Under the pieces are notes generated by a model. The model was not told the DNA's origin and searched no databases. It saw nothing but the letters and a program-made list of their open reading frames with translations. The translations under genes were made by a program, and so were the position numbers. Shown piece after piece: positions 42,314 to 52,707 of a DNA stretch of 64,000 nt. Source of the stretch: Cyanobacteriota bacterium (GTDB taxonomy: Bacteria; Cyanobacteriota; Cyanobacteriia; Thermostichales; Thermostichaceae); NCBI GenBank assembly GCA_033764955.1, contig JANRIL010000011.1:1-64000 (forward strand), given 5' to 3'. The stretch's first letter is position 1. Every line of letters starts with the position of its first letter.

Positions 42314-44348
42314 GAGATGGCAAATAAACAGGTGAATGGCAGGGCAAAGCGGGCAGTTCTACGGTAAACGTTGTCAAGCCCTCCTGACTGATCACACTGA
42401 TCTTACCTCCCAGTTGTTCCGCTAGTTTTTTCACCAAAGCTAAGCCCAGCCCGGTTCCACCCCGTTTATAGGGATCCGCATTAGGGACTCGATAAAACTT
42501 CTCAAAGATGTGGGGTAATTCTTCCGCCGGAATTTCCGCTTGATTACTGATCTCAAAAATCACCCCCCCGTCCACAGGGGCGGGCTGAGCGGCTAACTGA
42601 ATTTCTCCCTCTGGCCCCGTATATTTGCAGGCATTGTTGAGTAACTCTCCCAAAATTCGTTCGACCTTGAGGGGATCACTCGTGAGAATAGGCAAAGGAT
42701 CCGCCAGGGATAATTGAAATGTCTGGTGAAAACTTTGAAAACGAGAATAAAATGGCTCCACCACCTCCTGAATCCAAAGGTTAAGGTGGATAGGGGTGAC
42801 GTGATAGCGATCAGCTCCCGCCTCCAGACGTTGCAGATCCAAAAGATCGTTAATCAACTCGATTTCCCGCGTACATTCCGTCTCCATTACCCGCAAATAT
42901 TGCTGGCGACGGTCTTCCGGCAGATGTTGCCGTAGCATATGAATTGACATCTTGATATTGGACATAGGCGTTCGTAATTCATGGGAAACCGTGTTTAAGA
43001 AATCATCCTTGAGGTGGTGGAGTTTTTCTAATTCTTCCACCTCATGTTGTGCTGTTTTATAGAGGCGCGCCTGGCGAATGCCAATCGCACACTGATTCGC
43101 CACTTGCTCTACCAGACGAATTTCTAAGTCATTAAAAATATGGTCGCTTGCCTTAAATAGCCAAAGATCTCCCAGCACGCCATGCCCATCAAAAATTGGA
43201 CAGGCCAAAACAGACAAAGGATGATAGTTCCTCCGAAAATTATGAGGATCCCAATCGGTTAGGCAAAACTGGACGAAGGCTCCATTAATTAGTTGTTGAT
43301 AAAGTTCCGGCATCCGATCCATCGTCGCTGTATGGCAATGACTGTAGGCTTGATGATCAAAGTATTCATGAATAATTTGTGACTGTTTTTGGGGAATATC
43401 ATAGATGCCTGTATCACAACCAGTTGCTTCTAAAACCTCCGCTAGCTCCTGAATAGCAATTTGTAAAATTTGATTTTCATCTAGGCTATCTCGAACCTTA
43501 TCCGTAATCCGTTTGAGGGTGGCTTCAAAGTCTAAAAGTTGCCGCAGTTGTTGGGTTCGATCTCTAACTTGAATCTCTAGGTCAGCATTGAGTCGTTCAA
43601 TCTTTTCATAAAAAATTCGTTGCTGATCCTCCGCCAATTTTTGGTCGGTAATATCCCTGAGGGTGCCAGCAATACCATTCACCTCCCCCCGCTCATCGTA
43701 GGTGAGTTGAGCCTGGAGAGCTAACCAGCGCACCTGTTGGTGAATGGTTAAGAAGCGAGCTTCGTAACGGCAATCTTTGACTTTAAGTTGAACTAAGGAC
43801 AAAAACGATTCGGAGGTGAGTCGGCGATCTTTGGGATCCACAAAAGTTAGGATGCTTTGCCCTAGACTTTGCCCCACCGAGTACCCTGTGATCCGTGTCC
43901 AAGCTGGGTTAAGAAAAGTCCAGACTCCTGCGGCATCGGTTTGAAAGATCACCTCTTGAACGGTGTTGAGGACGGATTGATATTTTTTCTGACCCCGCCG
44001 CAATTCTTTTTGGGAGCGCTCTAGAGCGGAAATCAAGCGGTTTAGGACATGCGCCAGATCCGAAAGTTCATCCTCACCTGTTGATCCCACCCGTTGGGAC
44101 AGATCGTAGCTCGCGCTGATCAGGGTGACTTCTTGGGTGAGACGAGATAACCGACTCAGCACCAATTTTTGTAAAGTAAACAGACTCAACCCGCAAAACC
44201 CCAGCCCAAATCCCCCCAACAATGTCATTAGATAATCGTCGATCCACAGTCTTTGTAAGGGCAGATGGGTGGATCCCCACTTAAGAATCACCATCAAACT
44301 GAGGATGCTGCCCGTGATGATCAATGCGGTTTTCTGCTGCAACTTCAT
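42252..44348 (-). CDS. Sensor histidine kinase (TM-HAMP-PAS-GAF-HisKA-HATPase)
   Basis: DELSDLA HAMP, PAS, SHELRTP H-box, NNACKYT N-box, GGTGLGLA. Confidence 0.93.
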   Translation of the reverse strand: MKLQQKTALIITGSILSLMVILKWGSTHLPLQRLWIDDYLMTLLGGFGLGFCGLSLFTLQKLVLSRLSRLTQEVTLISASYDLSQRVGSTGEDELSDLAHVLNRLISALERSQKELRRGQKKYQSVLNTVQEVIFQTDAAGVWTFLNPAWTRITGYSVGQSLGQSILTFVDPKDRRLTSESFLSLVQLKVKDCRYEARFLTIHQQVRWLALQAQLTYDERGEVNGIAGTLRDITDQKLAEDQQRIFYEKIERLNADLEIQVRDRTQQLRQLLDFEATLKRITDKVRDSLDENQILQIAIQELAEVLEATGCDTGIYDIPQKQSQIIHEYFDHQAYSHCHTATMDRMPELYQQLINGAFVQFCLTDWDPHNFRRNYHPLSVLACPIFDGHGVLGDLWLFKASDHIFNDLEIRLVEQVANQCAIGIRQARLYKTAQHEVEELEKLHHLKDDFLNTVSHELRTPMSNIKMSIHMLRQHLPEDRRQQYLRVMETECTREIELINDLLDLQRLEAGADRYHVTPIHLNLWIQEVVEPFYSRFQSFHQTFQLSLADPLPILTSDPLKVERILGELLNNACKYTGPEGEIQLAAQPAPVDGGVIFEISNQAEIPAEELPHIFEKFYRVPNADPYKRGGTGLGLALVKKLAEQLGGKISVISQEGLTTFTVELPALPCHSPVYLPSHGDPSTPFYPTHHSDLGHTA

Positions 44349-44795
44349 GAGGGAGAGGAAATGAAATTCTACATTAAGCAATTTTTTGACAAGAAAAATT
44401 AAGCATCAAAGCTATCCAAACCAAAGAAATGGTTGTCAAAGAGAAGGGACGATTCATTGGTGAGGGCTAATTTCACAACTATCATGGATTTGGGTGAGTC
44501 GGGTAATGAGGTTAGGACAGTCAGGGATCCCTAATTTATCAAATAGAATTCTACCCCCTTCTCTCCTTGAAAATAATCCGTATGCTTCAGAGAGACGAGT
44601 TACCACTATGAGCTTGACTCAGGCAAATTATATTTCAAAAACACCTTCAAAAATAATTGGGATAAACTGAATATTCATTTAATAATCTGTTCATTATCTC
44701 GGTAATTTGACTGGGTCATTTAACCCGATACTCCGACCAGCTCAAATGAATGATGTAATCTAGTTGGATAATCTAAACTAGGTCAGCTAACTAGA

Positions 44796-45389
44796 TTGCT
44801 GATGTCTGTATTTTCTCAGGGATCCCGTTTGACTTCTTCAGAACCGTTAACCACTCTGATTCGGCGTAGCCAAGCCCTGCAAACGGGGCACTTTCAGCTA
44901 GCCAGTGGCCTTCATGCCAGTCGGTTCTTTCGCGCCATTCTGTTGCTACAGGATCCCATCGCAGCGGATCCTCTGTTTGATCGTCTGGCCGAGCGCTTTT
45001 GCGGGGAAGGGGTTGACCTCGTGTTGGGAGCCAATGCGGCGGGGAGTATCTTGGCCTTTGAGGTGGCGAGGCGCTTAGGCTGCTCTATCCTGATTGCCCA
45101 AGAGCAGGAACAACGCTATCGGTTGATGGAAGGGTTTGCCATTTCCCAGGGCTGCCGGGTCCTGGTGGTGGATGATGTCACCACCACAGGAGGAACCGCG
45201 AAACAGTTGCTGGGCTTAGTTCGTAGCGCTCAGGGGATCCCAGTAGGAGTGGGATTAATCGCCACGAAGGGGTTATTTCAGGTAGATCTGGGTTGTCGCA
45301 CGGAGGTATTGCTGCCTCTGGAGGGCATGGATGCTTACCCAGCCCAGGATTGCCCTCTTTGCCAACAGGGGATCCCTCTGACTCGCTGA
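44796..45389 (+). CDS. pyrE: Orotate phosphoribosyltransferase-like PRTase (divergent)
   Basis: GHFQLASGLH, VLVVDDVTTTGGT, C-terminal CPLC. Confidence 0.7.
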   Translation: MLMSVFSQGSRLTSSEPLTTLIRRSQALQTGHFQLASGLHASRFFRAILLLQDPIAADPLFDRLAERFCGEGVDLVLGANAAGSILAFEVARRLGCSILIAQEQEQRYRLMEGFAISQGCRVLVVDDVTTTGGTAKQLLGLVRSAQGIPVGVGLIATKGLFQVDLGCRTEVLLPLEGMDAYPAQDCPLCQQGIPLTR

Positions 45390-45396
45390 GGGGGAA

Positions 45397-46071
45397 TTAA
45401 CTATGAATGGGGGGGCGGCGGAGATAGGTGGGCAAAACCCCTTGCCAAGCTGGACGGGATCCCTGCTGATAGGCGCGAGCGGCCCATTCGGCCACGCCTA
45501 AGGTGGGGGGGGTGGCGGGGCTGGTTGGGGCTTCTTGCACAGGTGGGTTGCCCTGATCGGCTAAACAGGTTTGCCAAGCGGCAGCAGTCCATAATTGGTC
45601 GGCCACCGTCGTATGCAGGTGATGGGTGATGGGATCCCATTGGTAGATGCCACCGTAGTATTCTCCCCGTTGGGCATCCATGCTGACGGCTAGGGGGGTG
45701 GGGGAGGTAGTCGGTTGTTGCCGGAAATACTGCTGCGCCAGAGCCGCCAAACTAGAGACACCAAAAACAGGCAGATGCAGGGTTTGACCGAGGGTGCGGG
45801 CTACCGTTACCCCCAGCCGACAACCCGTAAAGCTGCCTGGCCCAGTGGCAACCGCAATCGCCGCCAATCCGGCCCAGGTTTGGGGGGGCAACCAGGCTTG
45901 CAAGAGGGGATGCAGTTGAGCCGCCAGCTCTCGATCCAGCCACCACGACTGATGGCGGGGGATCCCTTGCTCCGAAACCTGAGCCGACTTATGGGCGGAT
46001 AACGGCCAGAGAGCTAACCCCAGGGAGGGGGTGGTGGTGTGCAGGGCTAAGATCCACAAATCAGAGTTCAT
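45397..46071 (-). CDS. tsaB: tRNA threonylcarbamoyladenosine biosynthesis protein TsaB
   Basis: GPGSFTGCRLG, GVSSL, DAQRGE. Confidence 0.92.
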   Translation of the reverse strand: MNSDLWILALHTTTPSLGLALWPLSAHKSAQVSEQGIPRHQSWWLDRELAAQLHPLLQAWLPPQTWAGLAAIAVATGPGSFTGCRLGVTVARTLGQTLHLPVFGVSSLAALAQQYFRQQPTTSPTPLAVSMDAQRGEYYGGIYQWDPITHHLHTTVADQLWTAAAWQTCLADQGNPPVQEAPTSPATPPTLGVAEWAARAYQQGSRPAWQGVLPTYLRRPPIHS

Positions 46072-46864
46072 CGGGGTTGATTCCCATCGCACGCAGACGA
46101 TCCGCCAGTTGTGCCACTCGATTTTCTGCTTCTGTGGCGCGATGTTCCGTCTGTTGGGCGCAGGCTTCGGCGGCACGGCGAGCCTTGGCTTCCACTTCTT
46201 CTGGGGTGAGCAGCCAGGATCCCTCGCCATCGAACCAGCGTAACCACAGTCGTTCCTGTTTTAGCCAGTAGCCTTGCCATAGCCCCAAGCCCAGTTGCAA
46301 ACGGGGAAACCAAACTCGTGGTTGCCCAAGCACTCTTTCTTGATAATGTCCTTCGATCCACTCAAACACGCGCATCTGATCGGTGCTGCTGTCAAACACC
46401 ACATAATAGGGCACAGCTAGGATCTGCTCATAAACCTGCCATTGCATCGGGGGTTGCTGGGGATCACGGATCCCTTGCCCCAGGTCTTCATCTTCGGTTC
46501 CAGGGGAGAGAAACTCAATCACAATCGTCGGATTGATCGGCTCCTGCCAGCAGACATAGCTTTGCCGCAGTTCCTTGCCCTGATAGAGGCGGGATCCCCC
46601 CACAACCCCAAACCAATCGGGGCGTTTGTACCAGCGCGGATGCTGGAGATCGTAATAAAGGTTGAGACCGATGGCAGAAAATACCGTTTCTGGCGGATAT
46701 GCAGGTGGGCGAAAGGTGAGAGAGAGGAGTTGGGGTTGCCAAATATGAAACTCGTCAGGCACGCCGGACTGTCCTACTTCTTCGCTGGGCAAGTCATACA
46801 TCGTTGGCCAATCTGCCCGATTTCGTTGATCTGTGACGGTGTTGGGGATCCCACTCTGCACCAT
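46061..46864 (-). CDS. Uma2-family endonuclease (cyanobacterial expansion)
   Basis: YDLPSE...PDEFH, RPDWF, EFLSPGT, WLRWFD, coiled-coil tail. Confidence 0.9.
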   Translation of the reverse strand: MVQSGIPNTVTDQRNRADWPTMYDLPSEEVGQSGVPDEFHIWQPQLLSLTFRPPAYPPETVFSAIGLNLYYDLQHPRWYKRPDWFGVVGGSRLYQGKELRQSYVCWQEPINPTIVIEFLSPGTEDEDLGQGIRDPQQPPMQWQVYEQILAVPYYVVFDSSTDQMRVFEWIEGHYQERVLGQPRVWFPRLQLGLGLWQGYWLKQERLWLRWFDGEGSWLLTPEEVEAKARRAAEACAQQTEHRATEAENRVAQLADRLRAMGINPDEL

Positions 46865-46967
46865 AACCCTGGGTCAAGAGGATTTTTTCTATCTCTACTG
46901 TAGCGGAAGCCGCTAGCTGCTAAAGTCAAAAGACTAGGGGTTGTCTGGTGCAAAGGGATCCAGTGGC

Positions 46968-49046
46968 ATGGCTTCAGATCAGGGTGCTTCTCCACCGAGG
47001 TTGACCTATCCGCTGAGTCAGCAGGGGGATCAGGTGGATGTTTATCATGGCATAGCGGTGGCGGATCCCTATCGCTGGTTAGAGGATCCCGATACTCCCG
47101 CCACACGAGCATGGATCGCCGCCCAAAATCAAGTTACTTTTGCCTATTTAGAAAGCATTCCCCAACGGCAGTCGATTGGAGAACGGCTGACCCACCTCTG
47201 GAACTATGAAAAATACAGCGCCCCGTTTCGGGAGGGAAATTGCTATTTCTACTTCAAAAATGATGGCCTGCAAAATCAAAGCGTACTTTATACCCTCAAC
47301 CATCTAGACGATACTCCCCGTGTTTTGCTCGATCCTAATCTCTTGTCCGCCGATGGAACGGTGGCACTTTCGGGCATTGCCATCAGCCCCGACGGACAAT
47401 GGTTAGCCTATGGGTTGTCCCATGCCGGATCCGATTGGCAGGAGTGGCGAGTCCGAGAAATTGCCACAGGTGTTGATGGATCCGACCATCTGCAATGGAT
47501 TAAATTTTCGGGAGCCAGTTGGCGGCAGGATCAGCAGGGATTTTTTTATAGTCGCTACGATCCACCGCATCCTCAAGCTCAATTTGAGCAGGTTAATTAT
47601 TATCAAAAACTTTTTTATCACCGTTTGGGTACCGCTCAATCCGATGACATTTTGATCTATGAACGACCGGATCAAAAAGAGTGGGGTTTTCAAGGCGAAG
47701 TTACCGAAGATGGCTCCTATCTGATTATTTCGGTGTGGCGGGGAACGGATCCCAAAAATCTACTTTTCTACAAAGATTTGCGCGATCCCAATAGCCCTGT
47801 GGTGGAATTGATCTCAGAATTTGAGGCAGAATATCGTTTTGTCGAGCATGAGGGATCCCGGTTTTGGCTGGTCACCGATTGGCAGGCTCCCCGTAAACGG
47901 CTGATTGCTATTGATATAACTCATCCTGATAAAGAGCATTGGCAAGAGATCATTCCTCAAGCCCAAGAAACCTTAGAATCCATCTCGCTCATTCATGATC
48001 AGTTTGTGGTTTTTTATTTGCAAGATGCCCATACCCAGATTCAAATTTATGATCGTGATGGGTGTTATCAACGGACATTTCCGCTGCCAGGATTGGGTTC
48101 GGCGGGTGGATTTGTGGGCAAACGCCATGACCATGAAACTTTTTTTACGTTCACCAGCTTTGTCGTTCCCCCCACCATTTATCATTACCACTTTCTCACC
48201 GATCAGATCACTGTTTTTCGACAACCTCAACTAGAGGTTGATGCCAGCCAATACGAGGTCAAGCAGGTATTTTATAGCAGCCGCGATGGTACCTCGATCC
48301 CGATGTTTATCACCCACAAAAAAGGGATCCCTCTTGATGGCCGCCATCCCACCTATTTGTATGGGTATGGTGGATTTGGAGTTTCCCTCACCCCCAGTTT
48401 TTCGATTAGCCTGTTGGTTTGGTTAGAAATGGGAGGGGTTTATGCAGTGCCTAACCTGCGAGGGGGTGGCGAGTATGGGGAGGAGTGGCATCAAGCGGGA
48501 ACCACTATCCACAAGCAGCGGGTCTTTGATGACTTTATCGCGGCAGCCGAATGGCTCATCGCGGCAGGTTATACCTCCTCAAAGAAATTGGCAATGGCTG
48601 GGGGGAGTAACGGCGGTTTGTTGGTGGGGGCTTGTATGACGCAGCGCCCGGACTTATTCGCGGCTGCGCTGCCGGCGGTGGGGGTGATGGATATGCTGCG
48701 CTTTGATCAGTTTACGATTGGTTGGGCCTGGATCTCGGAATACGGCAATCCGGCGGATCCCGAACAGTTCCATGCGCTCTATGCCTATTCCCCTCTGCAT
48801 AATCTCAAGCCTGGTACGGCCTATCCCGCCACCTTGATTACCACCGCCGATCATGATGATCGGGTTGTCCCCGCCCACAGTTTCAAATTTGCCGCTGCCC
48901 TACAACAGGCTCACCAGGGAGCCTCCCCCGTTCTGATTCGGATTGAAACCCAGGCGGGGCATGGGAGCGGCAAGCCCACCCAGAAAGTGATTGAGGAAGC
49001 GGCGGATCGTTGGGCTTTTTTGGTGAATGTTTTGCAAATGTCCTGA
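46968..49046 (+). CDS. Prolyl oligopeptidase (S9A)
   Basis: DPYRWLE, GGSNGGLL, DDRVVPAHS, AGHG. Confidence 0.96.
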   Translation: MASDQGASPPRLTYPLSQQGDQVDVYHGIAVADPYRWLEDPDTPATRAWIAAQNQVTFAYLESIPQRQSIGERLTHLWNYEKYSAPFREGNCYFYFKNDGLQNQSVLYTLNHLDDTPRVLLDPNLLSADGTVALSGIAISPDGQWLAYGLSHAGSDWQEWRVREIATGVDGSDHLQWIKFSGASWRQDQQGFFYSRYDPPHPQAQFEQVNYYQKLFYHRLGTAQSDDILIYERPDQKEWGFQGEVTEDGSYLIISVWRGTDPKNLLFYKDLRDPNSPVVELISEFEAEYRFVEHEGSRFWLVTDWQAPRKRLIAIDITHPDKEHWQEIIPQAQETLESISLIHDQFVVFYLQDAHTQIQIYDRDGCYQRTFPLPGLGSAGGFVGKRHDHETFFTFTSFVVPPTIYHYHFLTDQITVFRQPQLEVDASQYEVKQVFYSSRDGTSIPMFITHKKGIPLDGRHPTYLYGYGGFGVSLTPSFSISLLVWLEMGGVYAVPNLRGGGEYGEEWHQAGTTIHKQRVFDDFIAAAEWLIAAGYTSSKKLAMAGGSNGGLLVGACMTQRPDLFAAALPAVGVMDMLRFDQFTIGWAWISEYGNPADPEQFHALYAYSPLHNLKPGTAYPATLITTADHDDRVVPAHSFKFAAALQQAHQGASPVLIRIETQAGHGSGKPTQKVIEEAADRWAFLVNVLQMS

Positions 49047-49050
49047 TACC

Positions 49051-50202
49051 ATGTCAACCCCCTCTCTCCCTCCTGATTCCACCCCGCTTGCTGCTCCCGT
49101 TAAGGCGGCCTTCCCTAGCCGGTGGCGGTGGCCGATCCGCCTCCTCAGCCTACTGGTGGTGGGATCCCTCGTCTTGGCTCTAGGAGGCTGGCAGGTTTGG
49201 CGGCAGGCCATTCAACCCATTGGCGGATCGGATCCCGTCTCGGTGGTGATTGCGCCTGGCACCGCGAGTCGGCAAATCGGACGACAATTACGGGACGCAG
49301 GGGTGATCCGCTCCTACTGGGCTTGGAATCTCTGGACAAGAACCCTCGCCCGCGATTGGGTATTTCAGGCGGGAACCTATGACATCGATCCGCAAGCGGA
49401 TATGGTGGCGATTGCCCAGCAGTTACGGGAGGGGCAAAGTCGGCAAATCAAGATCACCATTCCCGAAGGGTGGCGAATTGAGCAGATGGCTAGTTATTTG
49501 GCCGCCGCCAACGATATCCCTGCCAGTGAATTTCAAGGGGCAACCCGCACTATTCCACGGGCACACTTTCCCTGGCTACCCCCCTCCTTGAGTAACTTAG
49601 AAGGCTATCTCTTTCCTGAAACCTATGTCTTTGCCGCCGATCTGTTTGCGGAATCCGTAAGTGATGCCAACAAGGCCAACACCCTCATTCAGGCGATGCT
49701 GCAACAATTTGCTCAGATCGCCTACCCGCGCTATCAAGCGAAGCAGGCTAGCTCTAACCCCAGCCCTCTCTCCCTCCACGAGTGGGTGACTCTGGCTAGC
49801 ATTGTGGAAAAAGAGGCTGTCATTGCCGAAGAGCGCCCCCTGATCGCTGGGGTTTTTAGCAACCGCCTCCGCCAAGGGATCCCTTTGGGAGCGGATCCCA
49901 CCGTGGAATATGCCCTGGGGATCCGGCAAACCCCTGACCGCCGCCTCACCTATGCGGAAGTACAAAAACCCTCTCCTTACAACACCTATCTCAACGCCGG
50001 ACTTCCCCCAGGACCGATAGCTAGCCCCGGTTTAGCCAGCCTACTCGCCACTCTAGACCCTGCCACCACCGACTATCTCTATTTTGTGGCTCGTTACGAC
50101 GGCAGCCATGTTTTTAGCAAAACCCTCGCCCAACACGAAGCCGCCCAGCGCCAGATTCTTCAAAATAGGCAGCAAAATAGACAACCATCCCCGCCGCCCT
50201 AG
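49051..50202 (+). CDS. mltG: Endolytic transglycosylase MltG
   Basis: TIPEGW, LEGYLFPETY, LASIVEKE, SPYNTY...GLPPGPI. Confidence 0.95.
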   Translation: MSTPSLPPDSTPLAAPVKAAFPSRWRWPIRLLSLLVVGSLVLALGGWQVWRQAIQPIGGSDPVSVVIAPGTASRQIGRQLRDAGVIRSYWAWNLWTRTLARDWVFQAGTYDIDPQADMVAIAQQLREGQSRQIKITIPEGWRIEQMASYLAAANDIPASEFQGATRTIPRAHFPWLPPSLSNLEGYLFPETYVFAADLFAESVSDANKANTLIQAMLQQFAQIAYPRYQAKQASSNPSPLSLHEWVTLASIVEKEAVIAEERPLIAGVFSNRLRQGIPLGADPTVEYALGIRQTPDRRLTYAEVQKPSPYNTYLNAGLPPGPIASPGLASLLATLDPATTDYLYFVARYDGSHVFSKTLAQHEAAQRQILQNRQQNRQPSPPP

Positions 50203-50297
50203 CAGGGATCCCTGCTAAGGGAGACTAAAGAGATAAGCAATTCAACGCATGAGTTCTGATAAAAAATCGGCTGAACTCTCCAGTTATCTCACTGGGC

Positions 50298-50852
50298 TCA
50301 AACCAGTCGTTGAGAGCGGGAAAGCCGCCGTTGCCGATAATTCTGCACCAGGCGCACCCCCACAAAATAGCTGATGACTCCTAAAATCAATCCCACCACG
50401 GCACACCCCAAAAACATGGTGATGACCATTTCTCCCCCCCAGTCTTGCCAGTGTTGCCAGGAGGAGGCTACGGCCTTGAGGTCAGTGTGGCGATGGGATC
50501 CTAAGATCCACTGACCCACTTGATAGTTAAAGACAAAGAAAGGCACATAGGTGAGGGGGTTGCTGATCCAGGTTCCCGCAGCGGCAACCAGTTTGTTCCC
50601 CCGCACCATCATCGCCAACAAAATCGCCACCAACGTTTGTAGGCCAAAGATGGGGAAAGATCCGGCAAACACTCCCACCGCCAAGCCCCGCCCAATTGCT
50701 TCAGGGGTGGATTGCAGGCGAATTAAGCGTAAGTAGTAGTAGCGTAGCCAGCGTGACCAGGAGAAACGGGCGGAGCCAGAAGTAGTAGGTGATTGGCTTA
50801 GGACAAGCGAAGGGCTAGCTAGAGGAGTTTCTAGTTGCTCGGAGGGGGGCAT
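50298..50852 (-). CDS. DUF2062 membrane protein
   Basis: TPEAIGRGLAVG, TWISNPLT. Confidence 0.85.
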   Translation of the reverse strand: MPPSEQLETPLASPSLVLSQSPTTSGSARFSWSRWLRYYYLRLIRLQSTPEAIGRGLAVGVFAGSFPIFGLQTLVAILLAMMVRGNKLVAAAGTWISNPLTYVPFFVFNYQVGQWILGSHRHTDLKAVASSWQHWQDWGGEMVITMFLGCAVVGLILGVISYFVGVRLVQNYRQRRLSRSQRLV

Positions 50853-51139
50853 AGGGATGGTGAGAAAAGCTTAACCTTAGTTTACTATTTCCCCCAGTGA
50901 TTGAGGAGGCCGGCCATACTTCCCCTAGATGGACGGAACATCCAGACTCTTGTAAGTCAAAGATTTTCTGCTCCTCTACTCATCCTGTTCGGGCGTGTCA
51001 TCAATCAAGGAGTTTGGGGCGTGCCCTATCCGCAATGCTGATCAATTCAGCTAGGCACTTATTGAGAATGAGTGAAGAGAATCAGGGAAGTCCATAACCC
51101 TTATTCCAGCTTATCTATTCTCAATCAGCTAACCCTGTA

Positions 51140-51227
51140 GGGCACCTCGAAAAATAGAGGTGTTTGTTGAGAATATCCTCGTATACCGTGGTTAGTTTTC
51201 GCAATAAGGTAATTAATCGAGGTGGCC
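51140..51227. mobile_element. 88-bp MITE
   Basis: Terminal inverted repeats GGGCACCTCGAAAAAT / GGCCACCTCGATTAAT (13/16 match) flanked by a TGTA direct repeat (51136-51139, 51228-51231). Confidence 0.7.
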
Positions 51228-51276
51228 TGTAGAATATTTTGGTATTTCATAGCCATTCCTTGAATAGGACTACCCA

Positions 51277-52620
51277 CTACTGCGGATTCCGCAAGCGGTG
51301 ATAGATCAGGCTAAGGGTTTGGGCGTCTCCCACATTACCGGGAAACAGCACCACGGGCAGACCGGGAAAGCGGGGATGATCCGGCGGCGTGATCACCACT
51401 GAACAACCGGGCGCAATTTGTCCCAACAGGCGCACCGCCGGCAGAGCTAAGCCGTGACTAAGGGTGTCATTGGAGGTAATACCCCCTTTGCTGATCAAAA
51501 AACCAATCGACTCCGGCAGACCCTGCACAATATCCATCAACAGGGCAGAAACCGTCTGTCCAAAAGCTAACCGCGTGGCGGCGCTATCAAAACTCAATTC
51601 CTGCCGGCTGGTATAGACCACTGGGGTTTTGCCCTGGCCAAAGGACTCATTCACGCGGTGGAGGATCGCTTGGGCTAAAGCTTGTTTGGGGTTGCCGGAA
51701 AGCATCTCTGACAAGGGATCCCCTAACAGTTGCGCTACCTCCACTTCAATGCCAACCGTTCCTGCCTGCTGGAGAAGATGCTGCAATTGCTCCGTGGACT
51801 TTTTGACATGGGATCCCACTATTACTACCCCTGGTTGGCGCTCCCGCACCCATTGGGACATTCCCTCTGCCGCCACGGGTTGGGGGGGTAATCCCGCTAG
51901 GGAAGTCAGCAAGCTGGCGGCACTGCGAAACAGAAACCGCTTTCCCTGCCCAGCCACCGCCCAGAGATCCGATGTCCAGCGATCCAAATCCGCTTGGGTT
52001 TCGCCATCTACCACGGCACAAACATTGCCAGTGAGCCGATGGAGATGGGCTTGGGATCCCTGGCGAATCTCCGCTAACAAAAAGCGTTCCACTGACTGAC
52101 TGGGGATCCGCCCTTGGGTTTTTTCTTGCACATAATCGGGCAGATAGCTGTGGTGATAAGCAAAAACCGAATCTCGGGCAAACTCAGTTTCATGCACAGG
52201 GGTAGGGATCCCTTCCACCATCAGATAATGAATGCTGTCGCGGGTCACGCGACCACCCTCAAAGAAGGCGGGCACCAAAAAATGCGCGTCAAATGGCCCC
52301 AGCTCCTCAGCGATCACATCGGTTTCCACGGGATAGTGCCCCCGCAGGGTCGAGTCGGAACGGCTGACCAGCAAGAAATTATCCATCGCGGTTTCGCTGA
52401 GCGCCTGTCGTATCTGCTGGCAAACCTGGTGAGTAGTATGGGCAGCCTCCTCAGGGGGCATGGCACGGGTGTTGGTCAGCACAAAAAAGATGGGGGAATC
52501 ATCCTGTAGTGCCTGCTTGAGGGTGGCTACATCCCACTGGGTCAACAACAGACAACTGTGAACCGTCTGGGATCCCGTCGGATCATCATCCAGGACAATA
52601 ATTTTGGGGCGATCAGTCAT
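51277..52620 (-). CDS. Four-carbon acid sugar kinase family (DUF1537)
   Basis: LDDDPTGSQ, SRSDSTLRGH, KGGITS, FPGNVG. Confidence 0.9.
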   Translation of the reverse strand: MTDRPKIIVLDDDPTGSQTVHSCLLLTQWDVATLKQALQDDSPIFFVLTNTRAMPPEEAAHTTHQVCQQIRQALSETAMDNFLLVSRSDSTLRGHYPVETDVIAEELGPFDAHFLVPAFFEGGRVTRDSIHYLMVEGIPTPVHETEFARDSVFAYHHSYLPDYVQEKTQGRIPSQSVERFLLAEIRQGSQAHLHRLTGNVCAVVDGETQADLDRWTSDLWAVAGQGKRFLFRSAASLLTSLAGLPPQPVAAEGMSQWVRERQPGVVIVGSHVKKSTEQLQHLLQQAGTVGIEVEVAQLLGDPLSEMLSGNPKQALAQAILHRVNESFGQGKTPVVYTSRQELSFDSAATRLAFGQTVSALLMDIVQGLPESIGFLISKGGITSNDTLSHGLALPAVRLLGQIAPGCSVVITPPDHPRFPGLPVVLFPGNVGDAQTLSLIYHRLRNPQ

Positions 52621-52707
52621 AACCGGAGGCCAGCGTGGGGAGGAGTGAGTCCTTCTTCATCCTCGATCAAAATGGTGACCAGATGGTTAGGTGACTCAAA
52701 TTGCAGG

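Noticed and set aside
42900..43500. Cyanobacteriochrome-type GAF in the sensor kinase
   Set aside because: The canonical bilin-binding DxCF/CH arrangement is not evident
46061..46864. Uma2 endonuclease as a defence or mobile gene
   Set aside because: Common multi-copy cyanobacterial family; no mobility signals adjacent
50897..51097. 66-aa ORF or ncRNA upstream of DUF2062
   Set aside because: No RBS, motif or recognisable RNA structure
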